The notes under the pieces: generated by a model
What the model was told of the DNA's origin: nothing
Databases searched by the model: none
The model's input: the letters and a program-made list of their open reading frames with translations, nothing else
In this document: piece by piece, positions 24,751 to 38,569 of the stretch
Layout: each line of letters opens with the position of its first letter
Position numbering within the stretch: the stretch's first letter is position 1
Position numbers and translations under genes: made by a program
NCBI GenBank assembly: GCA_043228905.1
Contig: JBHGNT010000003.1
Coordinates: 16,492,001-16,556,000, forward strand
Length of the DNA stretch: 64,000 nt
DNA from: Azolla caroliniana
Taxonomy: Eukaryota; Plantae; Polypodiophyta
Direction of reading: 5' to 3'

Positions 24751-25568
24751 TGATAGGGTGTTTAAGACAAAGGGTAATCTTAGACTATATGAAGGCTTGA
24801 CCAAACTGGTTAGATGGAGTTGTGACTCATAATATATTATATAGATCAAGGTATCTATGAATTAGAGAGAGAGAGAGAGACTCAAGAAATTAAGAAAAAA
24901 GATAGAGAAGATGAAAAAGAGATAAGATTGTTATGATATTCCAATATCAAGACAATACAAAGGAGATAAACTCCACATTCAACTAAGAAACCAAAGACCT
25001 TCTTACTACCAATCACTCAAACCCACAATTAAAACCCTTCCTCTTCCACTAAGATATCTTTTCCTAATCCTCCTCCTCCTCTATTAGGATCCCCTATTTC
25101 TCTATTAGGATCCCCTCCTTCCACTAAGACCTTCCTTCCTAATCCTACTCCTCTATTAAGATCCCATCTCTATTATATTTTTCTTCTTCCTCCTCGTTCA
25201 CGCTATTTTTAGAAGCTTTTTATCTCCTATTTTTAGCTAAGACCCAGCGACCTTCTAATCGTCATATCTCCCTCATTAGAGCTCCAAATTTAATGATTTA
25301 AAAATCTATAGATAGCTGTCTTTACAAGCTTTCTAACCCATTTTTAAACATAATATTTGGGTGAAAAAGGAATGAGTTATGACCATTCCTTTTTTACTGT
25401 TTTTTATGGTCCGCTTAAATTTCTCTTTTTACTTTTCTCTTGGTCTCTTACTTTTACTTTTGACTTCTTCCTAAGGTCTTGCTTCGTGTTCTTAGCCTCC
25501 AAATGTGAGTTATCCATACTTTATATCTTCTAATGTTCAATGGCTTAGATTCTAAAAACACTTTCCCA
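24751..25568. mobile_element. Solo LTR K (818 bp) inserted in the G 5' LTR
   Basis: TG...CA ends, TSD CATAA 24746-24750/25569-25573; homologous in the opposite orientation to L (51137-51761). Confidence 0.85.
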
Positions 25569-28500
25569 CATAACATGACTATGTATTTGGATGTGTTGGT
25601 AACAATATAACACTTTACTATATACAAGCGGTGAAGAGTTCAAATCTTGACATGACTGTTGTCATGTCCGTGACACGAGCATGTTGGAGAAGTCCCTTTA
25701 AGTCACGTCGGATAAAAGGGAAAGCTGATGAATGTACTACATGTTCTGAAAATTACGAAGAACTTGGTGTCGGTCAGACATATAGTCAACTAGGGGATGC
25801 AAGTACGGTTCACGCATCTCAGGTGCTTGAAGAGGGCCAGATCATCGTGCAAGGGGGCCGGGATGGGAGGATGTTTATCCTCAACACCAACGATGTAGGC
25901 ACCGCTCTATTTGCAAAAGGACGAAACTTCGAGTCGGACATTCACCTATGGCATAAGCGGATGGGCCACGTCAATTATCAATAAGTTTAGGTCAAAACAA
26001 GTTGTGTTCGGACTGCCAAAGTTTAGTGGCTGGAAGGCCCGAACCTGTGAAGCCTGCCAACTCGGGAAGCAACACCGACTTCCATTCCCCACCGAAAGAA
26101 ACCAAAGCTATAACAAGCTCAAATTGATACATTTAGATGTATGGGCAGTGAGACAAAATGTTAGTCTTTGCGGGAATCAGTATTTCGTCTCCTTTATCGA
26201 CGACTTCAGTTGGCACACATGCATCTATTGGATCGAGAAGAAGAGTGAAGTTTTCAATTGTTTCCGGAACTTAAAGAGATTAATTGAACGGGAAAAGGAA
26301 AGAAAGATCAAGTGCCGACAGTTGGATGGCAGAAAAGAGTATATTTCCGATCAATTCAATAGTTATTTGCAGCAGAAGGGAATTCAGAGAGAATTTAGTT
26401 GCCGATATACGCTGGAGAAAAACGGTGTTGCCAAGATAAAAAACTAGTCGATTGTGGAGGCGGCATAGGCGATGCTAGAAGAGAAGAGCATGCCCAAGTT
26501 CTACTAGGCCAAAGCAGTCCGGATGGCAGTGTACAGCCAAAACCGGATCAAGGATAAGGTGTTAGCACATGAGTTGTATTTCGGGTAGAAGCCAAACCTA
26601 AGGCACCTTAGGGAGTGCATGTACCGACTGAGAAGCGAAGAAAGCCGAAGTTGAAGAAGGGCATACTAGTCGGCTACTCAAATGAGAAAAAGGGGTATAA
26701 GTGTTACAACCCCGGGACAAAGGAAGTCTGAGTGACCCGAGAAGTCGAATTCGACGAGTCGGCGTCCTAGTATTCTCTACTGACTCTGACTCCCGACCAC
26801 TCGATTCTGTAAGATGATGTGAGTGATCCCAACAAGATCCAGGCAGGACAAGAAGAAGAGTTGGGAACTCTACATGAGAGTCTGATCTCATTCCGGCTGA
26901 GCGGACCAAATGAGAGACTAAGTTGGAACGACCAGTCGAATGAAGAGCCAGCGAGTAGCGGAGACGTGGCCGTGGTCTCCCCACGCAGAGAACCAAAGAG
27001 GTGGTTCATGTGCAAAGAGAACGACAAGAAGAAGATGTCGGAATATGACACCGACAGGGATGAGTCGGATCAGAGCGAATATGACTTCGGAAAGAATAAG
27101 GATGGACCTTTAGAGATGAAGTCCGAGTGGGCCAAGAGGGCCTTAAAATCGGCGAACCAGAAGCTTCGCTGATTTACCCGCCAGAAGAACCCAGTTATGA
27201 GATGGCGCAAGAGTACATGTCGCATCACTATGCATACATGATGAAAGTGGTGGAAGTGCGTGAGCTAGAGAGCTACGTAGAAGTGAGGAAAGATGTGAAC
27301 TAGCATGTCATTATGGAGGAAGAAATGCGGGCACTCGATGCCAACGATACATGCGACTTGGTTGACCCTCCCCAACATTGCAAACCTATCGGCTACAAAT
27401 GGGTGTACAAGGTAAAGTATAATGGTGACGGTTCAATCAACCGGTACAATGCCCGGTTCGTGGCGAAAGGATATGCGCAGACCCACAAAATCGACTACGA
27501 TGAGACCTTCGCTCCGGTAGCGAATATGACAACAGTTCGTGTGGTGCTAGAGGTTGTTGCGGCAAAGGGGTGACATCTTCATCAGATGGATGTGAAGAAC
27601 ATGTTTCTTCAAGGTGATCTTTAAGAGCAGGTCTACATGACTCAACCCCCCAAATTTTAGTCAGAGATGAACAAGTCGACAGTGTGCCGACTCAAGAAGT
27701 CACTTTATAGCCTGAAGCAAACTTCGCAAGCTTAGAATTCGAAAATCACACACCGGTTGTGTAAGCTAGGGTTTGCAGCCTCGAAGCCTGACTCTTCGTT
27801 GTTCATTCAGCAAGGTCCGGAAGGTCCGATATGTATCCTCTTGTATGTCGACGACCTAGTCATTGAAATCAGCCGTGTGAAGTCCTAGTTGTCGGACGCA
27901 TTCGAAATGAAGGACCTCAGGGACCTTCATTATTTTCTTGGGATCGAAGTGATCCATACCTCCGACAGCATATTGTTGTCTCAGAGACACTATGTATTGA
28001 ATATGTTGTTCAAGTTTGGCATCACTGATTGCAGACCTATGTCCACACCCCTGGACCGGAACTTGAAGCTTCGTCCAAACTCCAGACCGGTTTGCAACAA
28101 GACATGGTTCCGAAAAATTGTCGAAAGCCTCATCTATCTTATTATCACTTGACCCGATATCAGCTATCTGGTCTGGATGATAAGTCAATTTATGTAGAAG
28201 TCGACCGTGGAGCACCTTTAATGCGCGCACCAAATATTCAGGTATGTCAGCAGCACTAAGGATTGAGCACTATTATACCAACATGGTATAACCGAAAAGC
28301 TAGTCAGCTATACCGATGCCGACTGGGTTGGTGACGCGTCGGATTGTTGGTCCACCTCTAGTTATATGTTCTCTCTCGGGAGCGCGATTGTTGCGTGGAG
28401 CAACAAGAAGCAACCAATTGTGGCTCTGTTGAGCATTAAGGCTAAGTATCGGGGCGCTACCGTGACCATGTGTGAAACCATGTGGTTTCGGCGGTTGTTG

Positions 28501-29703
28501 CAAAACCTCGGACTCTGATCCCGATCTACTACGAAAATATGAGTAGCATGCAGCTTGTCAAGAACCTCGTGTTTCATTCTCACACATAGAAGTGCATTAT
28601 CACTTTGTCTGTGAGTGGGTCCTGAGCAGTGAAGTCGAACTCCGGTATGTTCGAACGGATCGGCAGGTTGCCGACATCTTCACCAAGCCACTTGGATTAG
28701 ACAAGTTGCAACATTTTTTAGAGATTCTTGGGTTATAGCATCTCGAGATGCCGCACTTGAGGGGGAGAACCTGAACAGGAAAGGGAAAAACAGGCGAATG
28801 CACCGGAAAAACAGCCGGACAACAGGAGAAGATTGAAACAGGGGGAAGCAAGAAGAAAAAGGGAGCCAAGTCGACTGAAGAAGTTGGTACATCCGAACAA
28901 GTCGGAACAAGCGGCAATAGCGGCAGAGTCAAGAAGGACATAGTGTTGTCCGCCGGAATAGTAACCGATGGACAAGAGCGCAGGAATACGAAATAGTATA
29001 ATATTGTAACGCATGTAACGGTTCACGCGGGAAGCGTGAACGGCTAAAAAACCTTGCGTATTTAAAGGGCAGAAAACCTCTGATAGAGGGAGCGTGTAAT
29101 TTTGAATGTAAGAGGCGTATCGTAATAGAGTTCTATCTTCTCTGAGATTTGTGTGTAGCTATGACTAATCTACTGTGTGTCTGTAACACCTGAGAGCGTA
29201 GGAGTAAGTAACGGTGTGTGTGTTAGCCCACTGTCAAAAGAGCTCAGTTGTAGCCATCTCCCTTATACGCTGCTAGGTACATTATGCCACGCAATGCACA
29301 GTACGCAAGGGCAAGGGGCCCGCCGTCAATACAATTACGGCGGAAGTGCAGCAAGTCACGACACGCCAGAAAACAAAAATGGTTGATTGGTCTGCGCAAG
29401 ATGAGATACGACGACAAGCCTAGGCATGGGTTGAAAAAGCAAATGCGACAAATACAGAATGCATGCGGAAGGAGTCCATGAACACAATGGAGCTAGTGGA
29501 GGACGAAGGACCAGCCCCGGACCCCATTTGGCAAGCACTGGCGGGCTGCGAGATAACGTTAACCATGGAGAAGCTGCTGCAATTAGTCCCATGCTTCCGC
29601 CAGACCATGGAAGAATGGGTGACGGGCATACCCTGGGTGAGTGTCGCTATGAATCTCACGGACATTAGCGACGGACCGTCTGTAGTGGATCACCACAACC
29701 CGG

Positions 29704-30350
29704 TGTCGCGTTGTTACCCGCGTGCGTGTAGAAAGAGGCGGGACCACGGGGGTCTTGGACCAAGGAGAGAGAGATGGAGAGAGAGAGGGAGAGAGGGAGA
29801 GATACACAGAGAAGAGTTAAGAGCGAGAAACAAGAATCCAATTACTAAAATCAATAGCTTACAACCGGCAACCCGGTAATGGGCCCGACACGGGGTCCCA
29901 CTCACGCACACAGACGACTGTCGCACAACTCCAGGAACCAAAAGGGGGAGAGCCTCTGCTTGAAGCACACGGGCTATCAACAAAGCAGAGGCAGCGAACT
30001 CCCGACACCCACAGAGACCGACGACCGGAGGGGAAGAGAGAGCTCGGCACTTCGTTCTGTAGCAGCACTTCTTCTTCCTTAACGCGCGATATCTTCCCCT
30101 TTCTTCTCTCCCTCCTTAAATAGTTCGCCAAAAGGGCCCCCTTTCTCCCTAGTCAAATCGCTTTATTCCCTGTCCCTTTCGACGGAGATACGCACAATCC
30201 CCCCTAATAAATGTATACTACCTAGTGTTTACATCAGCCGATCCATTTATGAATCATGTACAAAATATCAATTCATGTGCCCATTTGTGTAAGAGCCGGT
30301 TCATGCGCCTTTTTCTCCGATTCCGCCTATGCCCGGTTTTCTTCACAACA
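29704..30350. mobile_element. Solo LTR N (647 bp) inside M
   Basis: TGTCG...CAACA, 4-bp TSD CCGG (29700-29703/30351-30354); removing it restores the M frame HHNPAITL. Confidence 0.87.
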
Positions 30351-30934
30351 CCGGCTATTACATTGATATTACACGGTCAGGAAATCCCAGGATGCGTAAT
30401 CAATGGCGGCTCGGGGGTTAATGTAATTAGTGGGAAAACATGGGAGTAGTTAGGCATATCAGAATGGGAGGCTTGCCAGTTCTAGCTCCGTATGGCAGAT
30501 ACCCGCTTAGTACGACCATTGGGGTTGATATGCAAGGTCGGCATTATCGTTGGAGGACATCGCTTTGACATCTCGGCGGTAGTCCTCACCCTGGATGCCC
30601 CATGGGCATACCCTATGCTGCTGGGCAGACCGTGGCTTCGTGCAACGAATATCAAGCAGAGCTGGCAACACAAGTGTATTAGTTTTCGACACGGACGCAC
30701 CAACGTTCGCGTACCTATGGAGGAAAGGGCGACACAATCCAAGGGTATAACACCATTATACGCGGAAGATATAAATATGTTGGCCAGGGTGGATGATGCA
30801 GAATTAGAGGCATACCTCGACGAGCACCCTCGGATTATTCCGCTGTTCGAAATGAACGTCATCGCAACCGAGGCAGATATGCCACGGCCACTACTCTCCA
30901 CGACGAGGCTTGCGAACCAAACCCGGAGTCAATA

Positions 30935-31909
30935 TTGGAACTAAGCAGAGCACGGGCAGCATTTGAGAGGGAAATGGAAATTTCACGACGAGTCACCCCC
31001 TCCGCCCTTGAAGAAGTAAACGTGGGTACGACGTTAGAACCCCGTTTTCTCTCTATCGCAAAAGAATTAAGGTTGGACCAGAGAGACGCAATGTTCGAAC
31101 TACTCAAGAAATATAAAGATGTGTTCGCCTGGGCTCTCGAGGACATGAAGGGGTTAGATCCGAAGTTCTATCAACATAAGATCAATTTAGCAACAGACGC
31201 AAAACCGGTCCAACAGCACTGCTACCGCATGAACCCGAACTACGTGACCCATGTAAAAGAAGAAATTGACAAACTCTTAAAGGCGGGATTCATACGGCCA
31301 ATTAAACAAGCCACATGGTTAAGTCTGATAGTAGTCGTTCCAAAGAAAAACGGCAAAATACGAGTATGCGTGGATTACGGAAAATTAAACGCTGTAACCA
31401 TTACAGACGCATTCCCTTTACCATTCACCAATAGCGTACTAGACGCCGTCGTAGGACATGACATATACAGTTTTTTAGATGGCTTCAGTGGATATAACCA
31501 GGTACGCATGCATCCCGATGACCAAGAGAAGACGACATTTGTCACGGACTGGGGAGTCTATGTGGCAGTTGTCATGATGTTCGGGCTAAAAACAGTGCTG
31601 GCGACATTTCAACAGACAATCACGGAGATCTTTGGGGAATATATTCCAGCATTCATGCAAGTTTTTTTAGATGATTTTGAAGTATATGGGAAAAAAACCG
31701 ACCATTTTACGCATCTGCAACTGTGCCTAGAACGTTGCCGCACCGCACGCTTAAGCCTGAATCCCGCGAAATGTGCCTTCGGTGTGACCATCGGGACTCT
31801 CCTAGGCCATATAGTCAGCAAGGATGGAATAACGGTTGATCCGAACAAGATCTCCGCAATTACTCAAGCCAAAACTCCGACAAACACGAAATCACTCAGC
31901 CGGTTTTAA
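30935..31909 (+). pseudogene. Gypsy reverse transcriptase (element M)
   Basis: DVFAW, RVCVDYGKLN, SFLDGFSGYNQ, MMFGLK, VFLDD. Confidence 0.93.
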
Positions 31910-32096
31910 GGACAAATACGATGGCATAGTCGGATGATACGATACTTGGCGGACTTCGCCACACCATTACATGCCGCCGTGCATCGGACTCCCTTCCAAT
32001 GGACTACAACGGAGGAGAAGGCCTATGAGGCGCTCAAGATAATGATCACACAAGCACCCGTCGTACAACCACCAGTTTGGGCGAAGCCATTCCACG

Positions 32097-32541
32097 TGTC
32101 AGGAATAGTACACAAGCAGAGATGGAATTAGTACTAAAGAAGAGCAGTACTATTAGTACTAAGAGGACGGGACTGCGTAAGATTCCCAAGAGAGGAAGTG
32201 AGAAGAGGAGAGAGAGAGATAGTGAGAATGAGAGAGAGAGAAAGATGATGACAACAGCTAATATATTATGTGAAAAAGATAAGTACAAGTGGCTAAGAGG
32301 CTTAAGACTGGCGTTGAACCAATTTGGTTCAAAACAATGCCTTGTGCCTCCTTTTATAGTGTTTTTAGGAATAATCCTGAAGCTTCTAGAATGTTCTAGA
32401 GAGATCTGGAATATACATCAATTTTCTATGATAAAGCATAAATGAAAATAATATTCTACAAATTACAATTCATAGTCTAATGGTAAGAGCTCGACCCATA
32501 TAGCATAAGGTCATGGGTTTGAGTCTTGCCATATCATGACA
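32097..32541 (-). mobile_element. Solo LTR J (445 bp), G-related, inside the M RT/RNase H region
   Basis: TGTCA...TGACA, TSD CCACG (32092-32096/32542-32546); shares GACTGGCGTTGAA and the TATA position with the G LTR. Confidence 0.88.
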
Positions 32542-33229
32542 CCACGTGTTCGTAGACACCTCGGACATAGCAATAGGAAGTTCGCTAATGCAGCTCACCG
32601 AACTGAATTGGTACCGGCCAGTGTACTACGCTAGTCGCAAATTATCAATAGTTGAGCGTAACTATTCCACAACGGAGCGTGAGGTGTTAGGGATGATTTA
32701 TAGTATCAATAAATTCCGGCATTATGTGTTGGGGAGGAAATTCACGTTCCACGTGGATCATTTGGCACTGATGTATTTGGTGGAGAAACAAGCACTGACA
32801 AGGAAATTGGCATGATGGATGTTGCTACTTCAAGAATTCAATTTTGTAATTTAGCACCGCCCAGGTACGCAACACGCAGTGGCAGATTTTTTGAGCCAAC
32901 TCGATAATGGAGAAACAGTATAGAAGGACGACGACGACTTTCCGAACGCAGACATTCTGCGGGTAGCAGCACTAGCAGAAAGAACGGAAACGACCTTTCC
33001 AGACCGGTGGCTTATGGAAATGACATACTTTTTTACTACAGGACTGCTTCCACCACAATTACACACGGACGAGAAGAAATGATTAGCCGTCCGGAGCCGT
33101 AACTTCTGCCTAATAGAAGGAGTTTTATATCAGAAAGGTAATGATGGCATTTGGCGACGCGGTGTACGTCAGGATGAGAAAGAAGCAGTCTTATGGGAGG
33201 CTCACTACGGCACGGTAGGCGGCCATTAC

Positions 33230-34123
33230 ATGGGCGATGTTACGGCCTGGAAAATATGGCAAGCATGCCTATGGTGGCCGACTACACAGAATGAAGCATA
33301 CGAGTATTGCAAAACGTGTGATTTGTGTCAACGGGTGGGCAAGCCCACGGAGTGCGCAAGGATGCCACACCAGCCCGTATTACTGTTAAATCCCTTCCAA
33401 AAGTGGGGATTGGATTTTGTGGGCTCCTTCACACCGGCAGCGGCCCGTATGAGCAAGAAATACATATTGGTAGCCACGGATTATTGCACCAAGTGGGTAG
33501 AAGCAAAGGCACTACGAGAGAATACGACGACCGTCACAACGAGATTCCTTTATGAACACATCTGGTGTCAGTTCGGCTGTCCGATTGAGCTTATCAGTGA
33601 CCAGGGGAGCCACTTTCTCAATACGATCGTTCAAGAACTAACACATCATTATGCCGTAGTCCACAAGAAAAGTACGCCATATTATCCACAGGCGAATGGG
33701 TTGGTGGAATCCACCAACAAGACGTTGCAACCCATCTTAAAGAAAATCATCAATGAAAATAGAACGGACTGGGATACCAAATTACATAGTGCGTTATGGG
33801 CGTACAGAACCAGCTACAAAACAAGCATACAGTCAACACCATTTCGACTAGCATTTGGGTTGGAGGCCGTGATGCCAATAGAGTTTCAAATACCCAGTTT
33901 ATGGATTCAGGTACGTGACCGACTATCGGAAGCCAAGTCGGAGGAGGTATGGCTCCACCAGCTGCTCGAACTTGGTGTAAAACGCATACGCAACATGGTT
34001 GTGTTGGAGCAGGAACAACGACGGCATAAAGCGTTTGTGGATAGACATTGGAACGCACGGGAAAAGGATTTCGCGGTCGGTCAAGCGGTACTAGTTTTCG
34101 CTGGACAGGCCTGTACTAGATAA
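33230..34123 (+). pseudogene. Gypsy integrase core (element M)
   Basis: C..CQ zinc finger, PFQKWGLDFVG, ISDQGSHF, YPQANGLVE. Confidence 0.93.
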
Positions 34124-34604
34124 TAGGAGCGGAACAAGGCACGTTCCAACTAGGCACACTGGCTGGGGAAGTCTTACGACAAAAGGTGAATGGGTTTCGC
34201 CTTACACCTTACCTAGGCCCTACGCCACCTAACCCATTCACCGCTGAATAGGACAAAGCCGGAGAACTCGCGGCGTAAGTGGACGGACCCACTAGTATCA
34301 TAGTGTAAAAATAGGCTATATGTAACCATTACGAAAAAGAGAGAGAAGATAGCGACGCTATTAAAAAAGGACTGAATGCATGCACAGACTTCTAGACCAA
34401 GAACACGCGGCACCACGATGGCTCACCGCCTAATGAACCCTAGACCACAAAAAGAAGGAAATAGAAGGTCTTCTACACAACACAAATCCACCTCCTAACT
34501 CTCAGCGCTCTCATCGCTACCCTCCCTCACCTTCTCCTCCATCCTATCACAGAGCTGAAACCCACCAAAACCACCAATCTTCTCCCCACGAGCCTACTCT
34601 GACT

Positions 34605-37270
34605 ATGCCGATATTTATCTCTACCACCTTACGTCGATGGCTCGTGGAGAAATGCGTGGATGGGTACATCAGGGTCGCAGAGTCACCTCCACACCCGGAT
34701 GCATTGGACATCGCCAGAAACCTCAATATCAACACGGTCACCAACTCCTCCATTCGGAAAAAGGTTGACCTGTCATCACTAGGTTAAAGGCATTTCGAAA
34801 TCCCTCCTGCGGAGTTGCTATAGAGGTATTTCGGCCCGTATTCCTCCTTTGCCAAGGCCTATAGAACGAAGGAGATCCTGTATCCCTTTTTCCCTGAAGT
34901 CGCCAAGTTCCTATTAGAGGTCGGACGCGTACACGTAAATGCATATGGGATGCCCAAGCAGAAGGCAGGTATCATTATTGATACCTTTGAAGGGCATAGG
35001 GTCGATTGGGGAGTCATCACGGGGCCGACGTTAAGGGAAGTCTTGCACGCGTATCAAGGAGGCAAGAAGGTCAGGCCTATCATACAATAGTACCTGACGG
35101 TACTATTCCCACCCCGAGGCCTGCCGGCACCGTAGCCCAGCAAACCCACGCTGCCGCCCCGATCCGCGAAGCACAAGTTAGCGGAGTTAGCTTCCATAGA
35201 GTGGGAGGATGAACCCCAACCCGCCTACCCGAACACACGAACAATGCCAGAAGAGCAGGCGGCGCGCTCCGCGGAAGTGGCACTAGAACCAGATGCCGAA
35301 CCACAGCATGATAGCCCTAGGCCGAAACGGCGAAGGCTGGGCAGGAAAGATGGGTGGGGATTAGTTAAAGACGTACCCATGACGGTAGAGACAACAACCG
35401 AAGGCGATGACTCCGCAGCTACGGAGCCCAACACCACCTTTGAAATAATCCGGGAGCCACGACCAATCATTACGGCCCAGTCACAACGAGGGAAAGCCGT
35501 ATTGACGGCGGAAAGCGAGGTTTTGGCATATCTAGATATCTCGGACACGGCCCATGAGTTCAGTGCACTCTTGCAGTACGGAACCACTTTTGAGCTCATG
35601 GAATTCTTGGCAACGCAATAGATAAAGGCCTCACAACGAATGGCCGAGGAGCACGCGGAGCGCCAGATGATCGAGCGCACCTTAACACAAACGACGGAGA
35701 GCGACGATGAGGACCAGTTAGCCAAAGTCGGCAGATGGAGCAACTCCGGGATACGTTGAATGGGGATGAAACTACCCCCATTAAACATGGCCCTAGTCGA
35801 AGCCCATAGGCAATTGGCAAAGGTCAGCACGGGCGCCAGGGAGATGGCCATTAAAAATAAGAATGTTTGGAAGAAGGTGAAACTGACCCTAGCCGAGCTG
35901 CAAAAACCCAACGAACGCATCATGGAGTTGGAAACTAACACGACTACGGCGCAACAGGAAACTCCACCACCAAACCACGCCATCGAAGTCTTGAAGGAAG
36001 AGATTGAGGCTCAGACCGCCATTGCCTCAAAAGCAAAAAGGGTCGTACAACTAGCGCAATCAGAAATTGATCGCCTCCGCATTGAACTTCGCCAGTCCTC
36101 AGACAGGGGAAAGGACATCCGGGCCAACGGCCGAAAGGCAGTAAAAACCCTTGAAGAGAAACTCGTTGCGGAGATAGCACAGCACACCCAGACAAAAGAA
36201 GAAAATGCCCAATTACGGGAGGAAGCGAAGAAATTAGAGGCGGCAATCGTGGGACTGCAAGCCTTATTGGAGAAAAAGAAGGCATGGTTCGACGAGCAGC
36301 TGGTGGGCAAACAAGAAAGAAGGCATTAGCTCGAAATCCCCCTAAACAATGAAATGGGGAAATTAGAAGAACTATATGCGAAGGAATCCCACTTGTGGGC
36401 GGGTATGAAGAGCATGTATGAAGAAGAGGCAGCAGTTACTCAGCAAGAAATTGCAAACCTCAAGAAGTTGATGGAAGAAGCACGCAACCATTGCCAGGCC
36501 ATCACAAACAACGTGCGTATCCTTCTACAAACGAATTGGGAGAGGTTTACAACGCAATTGAAAACGATGCTAGACAAAGGATGGATGGCGTGGGCAGCCC
36601 AAGTGGCGGAATTGCACGCGTATCGTGCGGACTCGGAGAACCGAAGAAAAAACGGTCGAAGCTTCTATAAACTCAATGAGGAGAGCATTGCAGCAGTACA
36701 CGAGGACCTAGCGCAGGACTATCGTGCACTAGCAGACCAACATTTTGAAGAACTCGCGTAGCTATTAGATGATTTTGGTGAGAGTCAAGAGGATCTGTTT
36801 CACCAGATCATGCGAACAAATGAGGAATCCATCGCGACACCAATTCCGGATATTGCCGAAGAAGAGGAACCTCAGGCCAGGTCCCCAGAAATTACAACTA
36901 CGGTGAACAGTGAGGAATGGCGAGCGGAGTCCCCCACAATACCAGACAGCGAAACCACTGCCCAAGAGGAACCCCATCTACCGGAGCATACACCATCAGC
37001 CGACCACACGGAGAACGTTGCGGACCAAGCGGTACCCAGAGCGTACACCGACGGCCGACACCACGGAGGAAGTGACGGATGAGATGAAGCCGCGACCGAC
37101 CGCAAACCTGCCGACGGCTGAGCCCAACCCCTAGCCCAAGAAGAGCCCATAGAACCCAGGCCGCCCACACAGGACGATCGCAACACCATGAGGGAACCAC
37201 ACCACGATGCACCTACGGGCCCTATGTCGTCCCCGGATGCGGACACCGTAGCAAAGCCAAACATCATGGC
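34605..37270 (+). pseudogene. Fragmented extra ORF 3' of pol in M (coiled-coil middle, acidic Pro/Thr-rich tail)
   Basis: Same-strand ORF pieces 34605-34787, 35244-35621, 35760-36329, 36354-36761, 36810-37082; E/K/A/L-rich helical composition. Confidence 0.65.
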
Positions 37271-38569
37271 AATGTTGGAAGAAGATTAAAGGGATGGGTC
37301 CGACGTGCCATGGCATTGTCCCACAAGCGTGCCAGGTGTTGTCCACCGGAATTGTAACTGACGGACAAGAGCGCAGGAACACGGAATAGTATAATATTGT
37401 AATGCATGTAACGGTTCACGCGGGAAGCGTGAACGGCTAAAAGTCCCTGCGTATATAAAGGGCAGAAAACCTTTGATAGAGGGAGCATGTAATTTTGAAT
37501 GTAAGAGGCGTATCGTAATACAGTTCTATCTTCTCTGAGCTCTGTGTGTAGCTACGACTAATCTACTGTGTGTCTGTAACACTTGACAGCGTAGGAGTAA
37601 GTAACGGTGTGTGTGTTAGCCCATTGTCAAAGGAGCTCGGTTGTAGCCGTCTCCCTTATACGTTGCTAGGTTACGGGGAATATCCCACTAAGTATTATGC
37701 ACAGACGCTACCATTCGTGGTCACACAGTCACTTGGAGGTCTAGGTCGAAGGACTGACCATAGTTCCTAGTCGGTAACACATAGCCGACTGGAAGGAGAA
37801 GGCCAGCACTTGGACATGGTCCGTGAAGGGCCTAAAGATTGAGGATGAGTTGGAGATAGCCAACTTGGACAAGAGCGGGAACGAATCGGAGGCAACAAAT
37901 TCGGTTCAACAGTTTGATTCGGAGGTGTCAGGTCATTTGAAGGCCAAGAAAACAAGAAGGTAGCGGAAGTCATTGACACGAAGGAGCCAATGGGTCAAGA
38001 AGCACTGAAGTCGGAGCAACGATGGGGCTGAGATGGGCCGATCGAGAAGGTCAAGGAGTGTGGAACTGGACGGATCGTCGAAAGCGGGACCGAACGGGGC
38101 AAGGAGCGTGAGCAAGGAGAGAAGACGCCAGGAGGATTTGGAGGGAAGGACCGATAGATACTGACACCACAATACGACCCCAAGTTCAACTTGAGGGGGA
38201 GTGTTGAGCGAGGAAGCCCAGCATGATCCGATGGCTGAACAAGCCAAGAGCCAGATCAGTGTCCAGATCTAAATGTAATCGGTAGGTTGTTAGAGGCCTA
38301 CTATCCTAGCCTAGTACGTAGGCATATTTTTGGGAGTTAGTGTCAGTCGCTCAGTACGAGCATTGAAGTACATGTCAGTACTTTTGTCTGTCCTTTTATG
38401 GACTTGTATAAAAATGCTTAGTGAGCACATTGTATGTACACAGACAGAGTCTTTGAGTATTTTTTAAATTGAGTGTTTACTGTTCTGCTCTCTCTTTGTC
38501 TCTCTCGCTCTCTTTGTGTGTATTGTGTGAAGCTTTCTATTAAACCTATGTATATTTTCTGTTGCTATC

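Larger units (their letters stand above)
18997..25675 (-). mobile_element. Non-autonomous LTR element G (3' LTR 18997-19518; internal 19519-20780; 5' LTR 20781-25675 split by H1 and K)
   Basis: TSD CGAGC 18992-18996/25676-25680. LTR ends T(G/A)TCAC...GTGAC(A/G). Purine tract next to 19518. No gag or pol motifs inside. Confidence 0.9.
28944..37779 (+). mobile_element. Decayed non-chromovirus (Tat/Athila-like) Ty3/gypsy element M with an extra 3' ORF; 5' LTR truncated (28944-29278), 3' LTR 37337-37779
   Basis: TSD CATAG 28939-28943/37780-37784. Protease ..NGGSGVN/LLGRPWL, RT YKDVFAW/LDGFSGYNQ/FLDD, RNase H NYSTTERE, integrase KWGLDFVG/PQANG. A deletion removes the PBS and most of gag. Confidence 0.92.
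17992..38569 (+). mobile_element. Decayed B-family copia element F, host of the G and M insertions (own sequence 17992-18996, 25681-28943, 37785-38569)
   Basis: Gag and CCHC (ECWYCGKKGHRESEC) and WYIDSGAS before G; integrase, RT and RNase H after G; PPT TTGAGGGGGAG 38191-38201 and 3' LTR from 38202. Sequence is continuous across TSDs CGAGC and CATAG. Confidence 0.88.
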
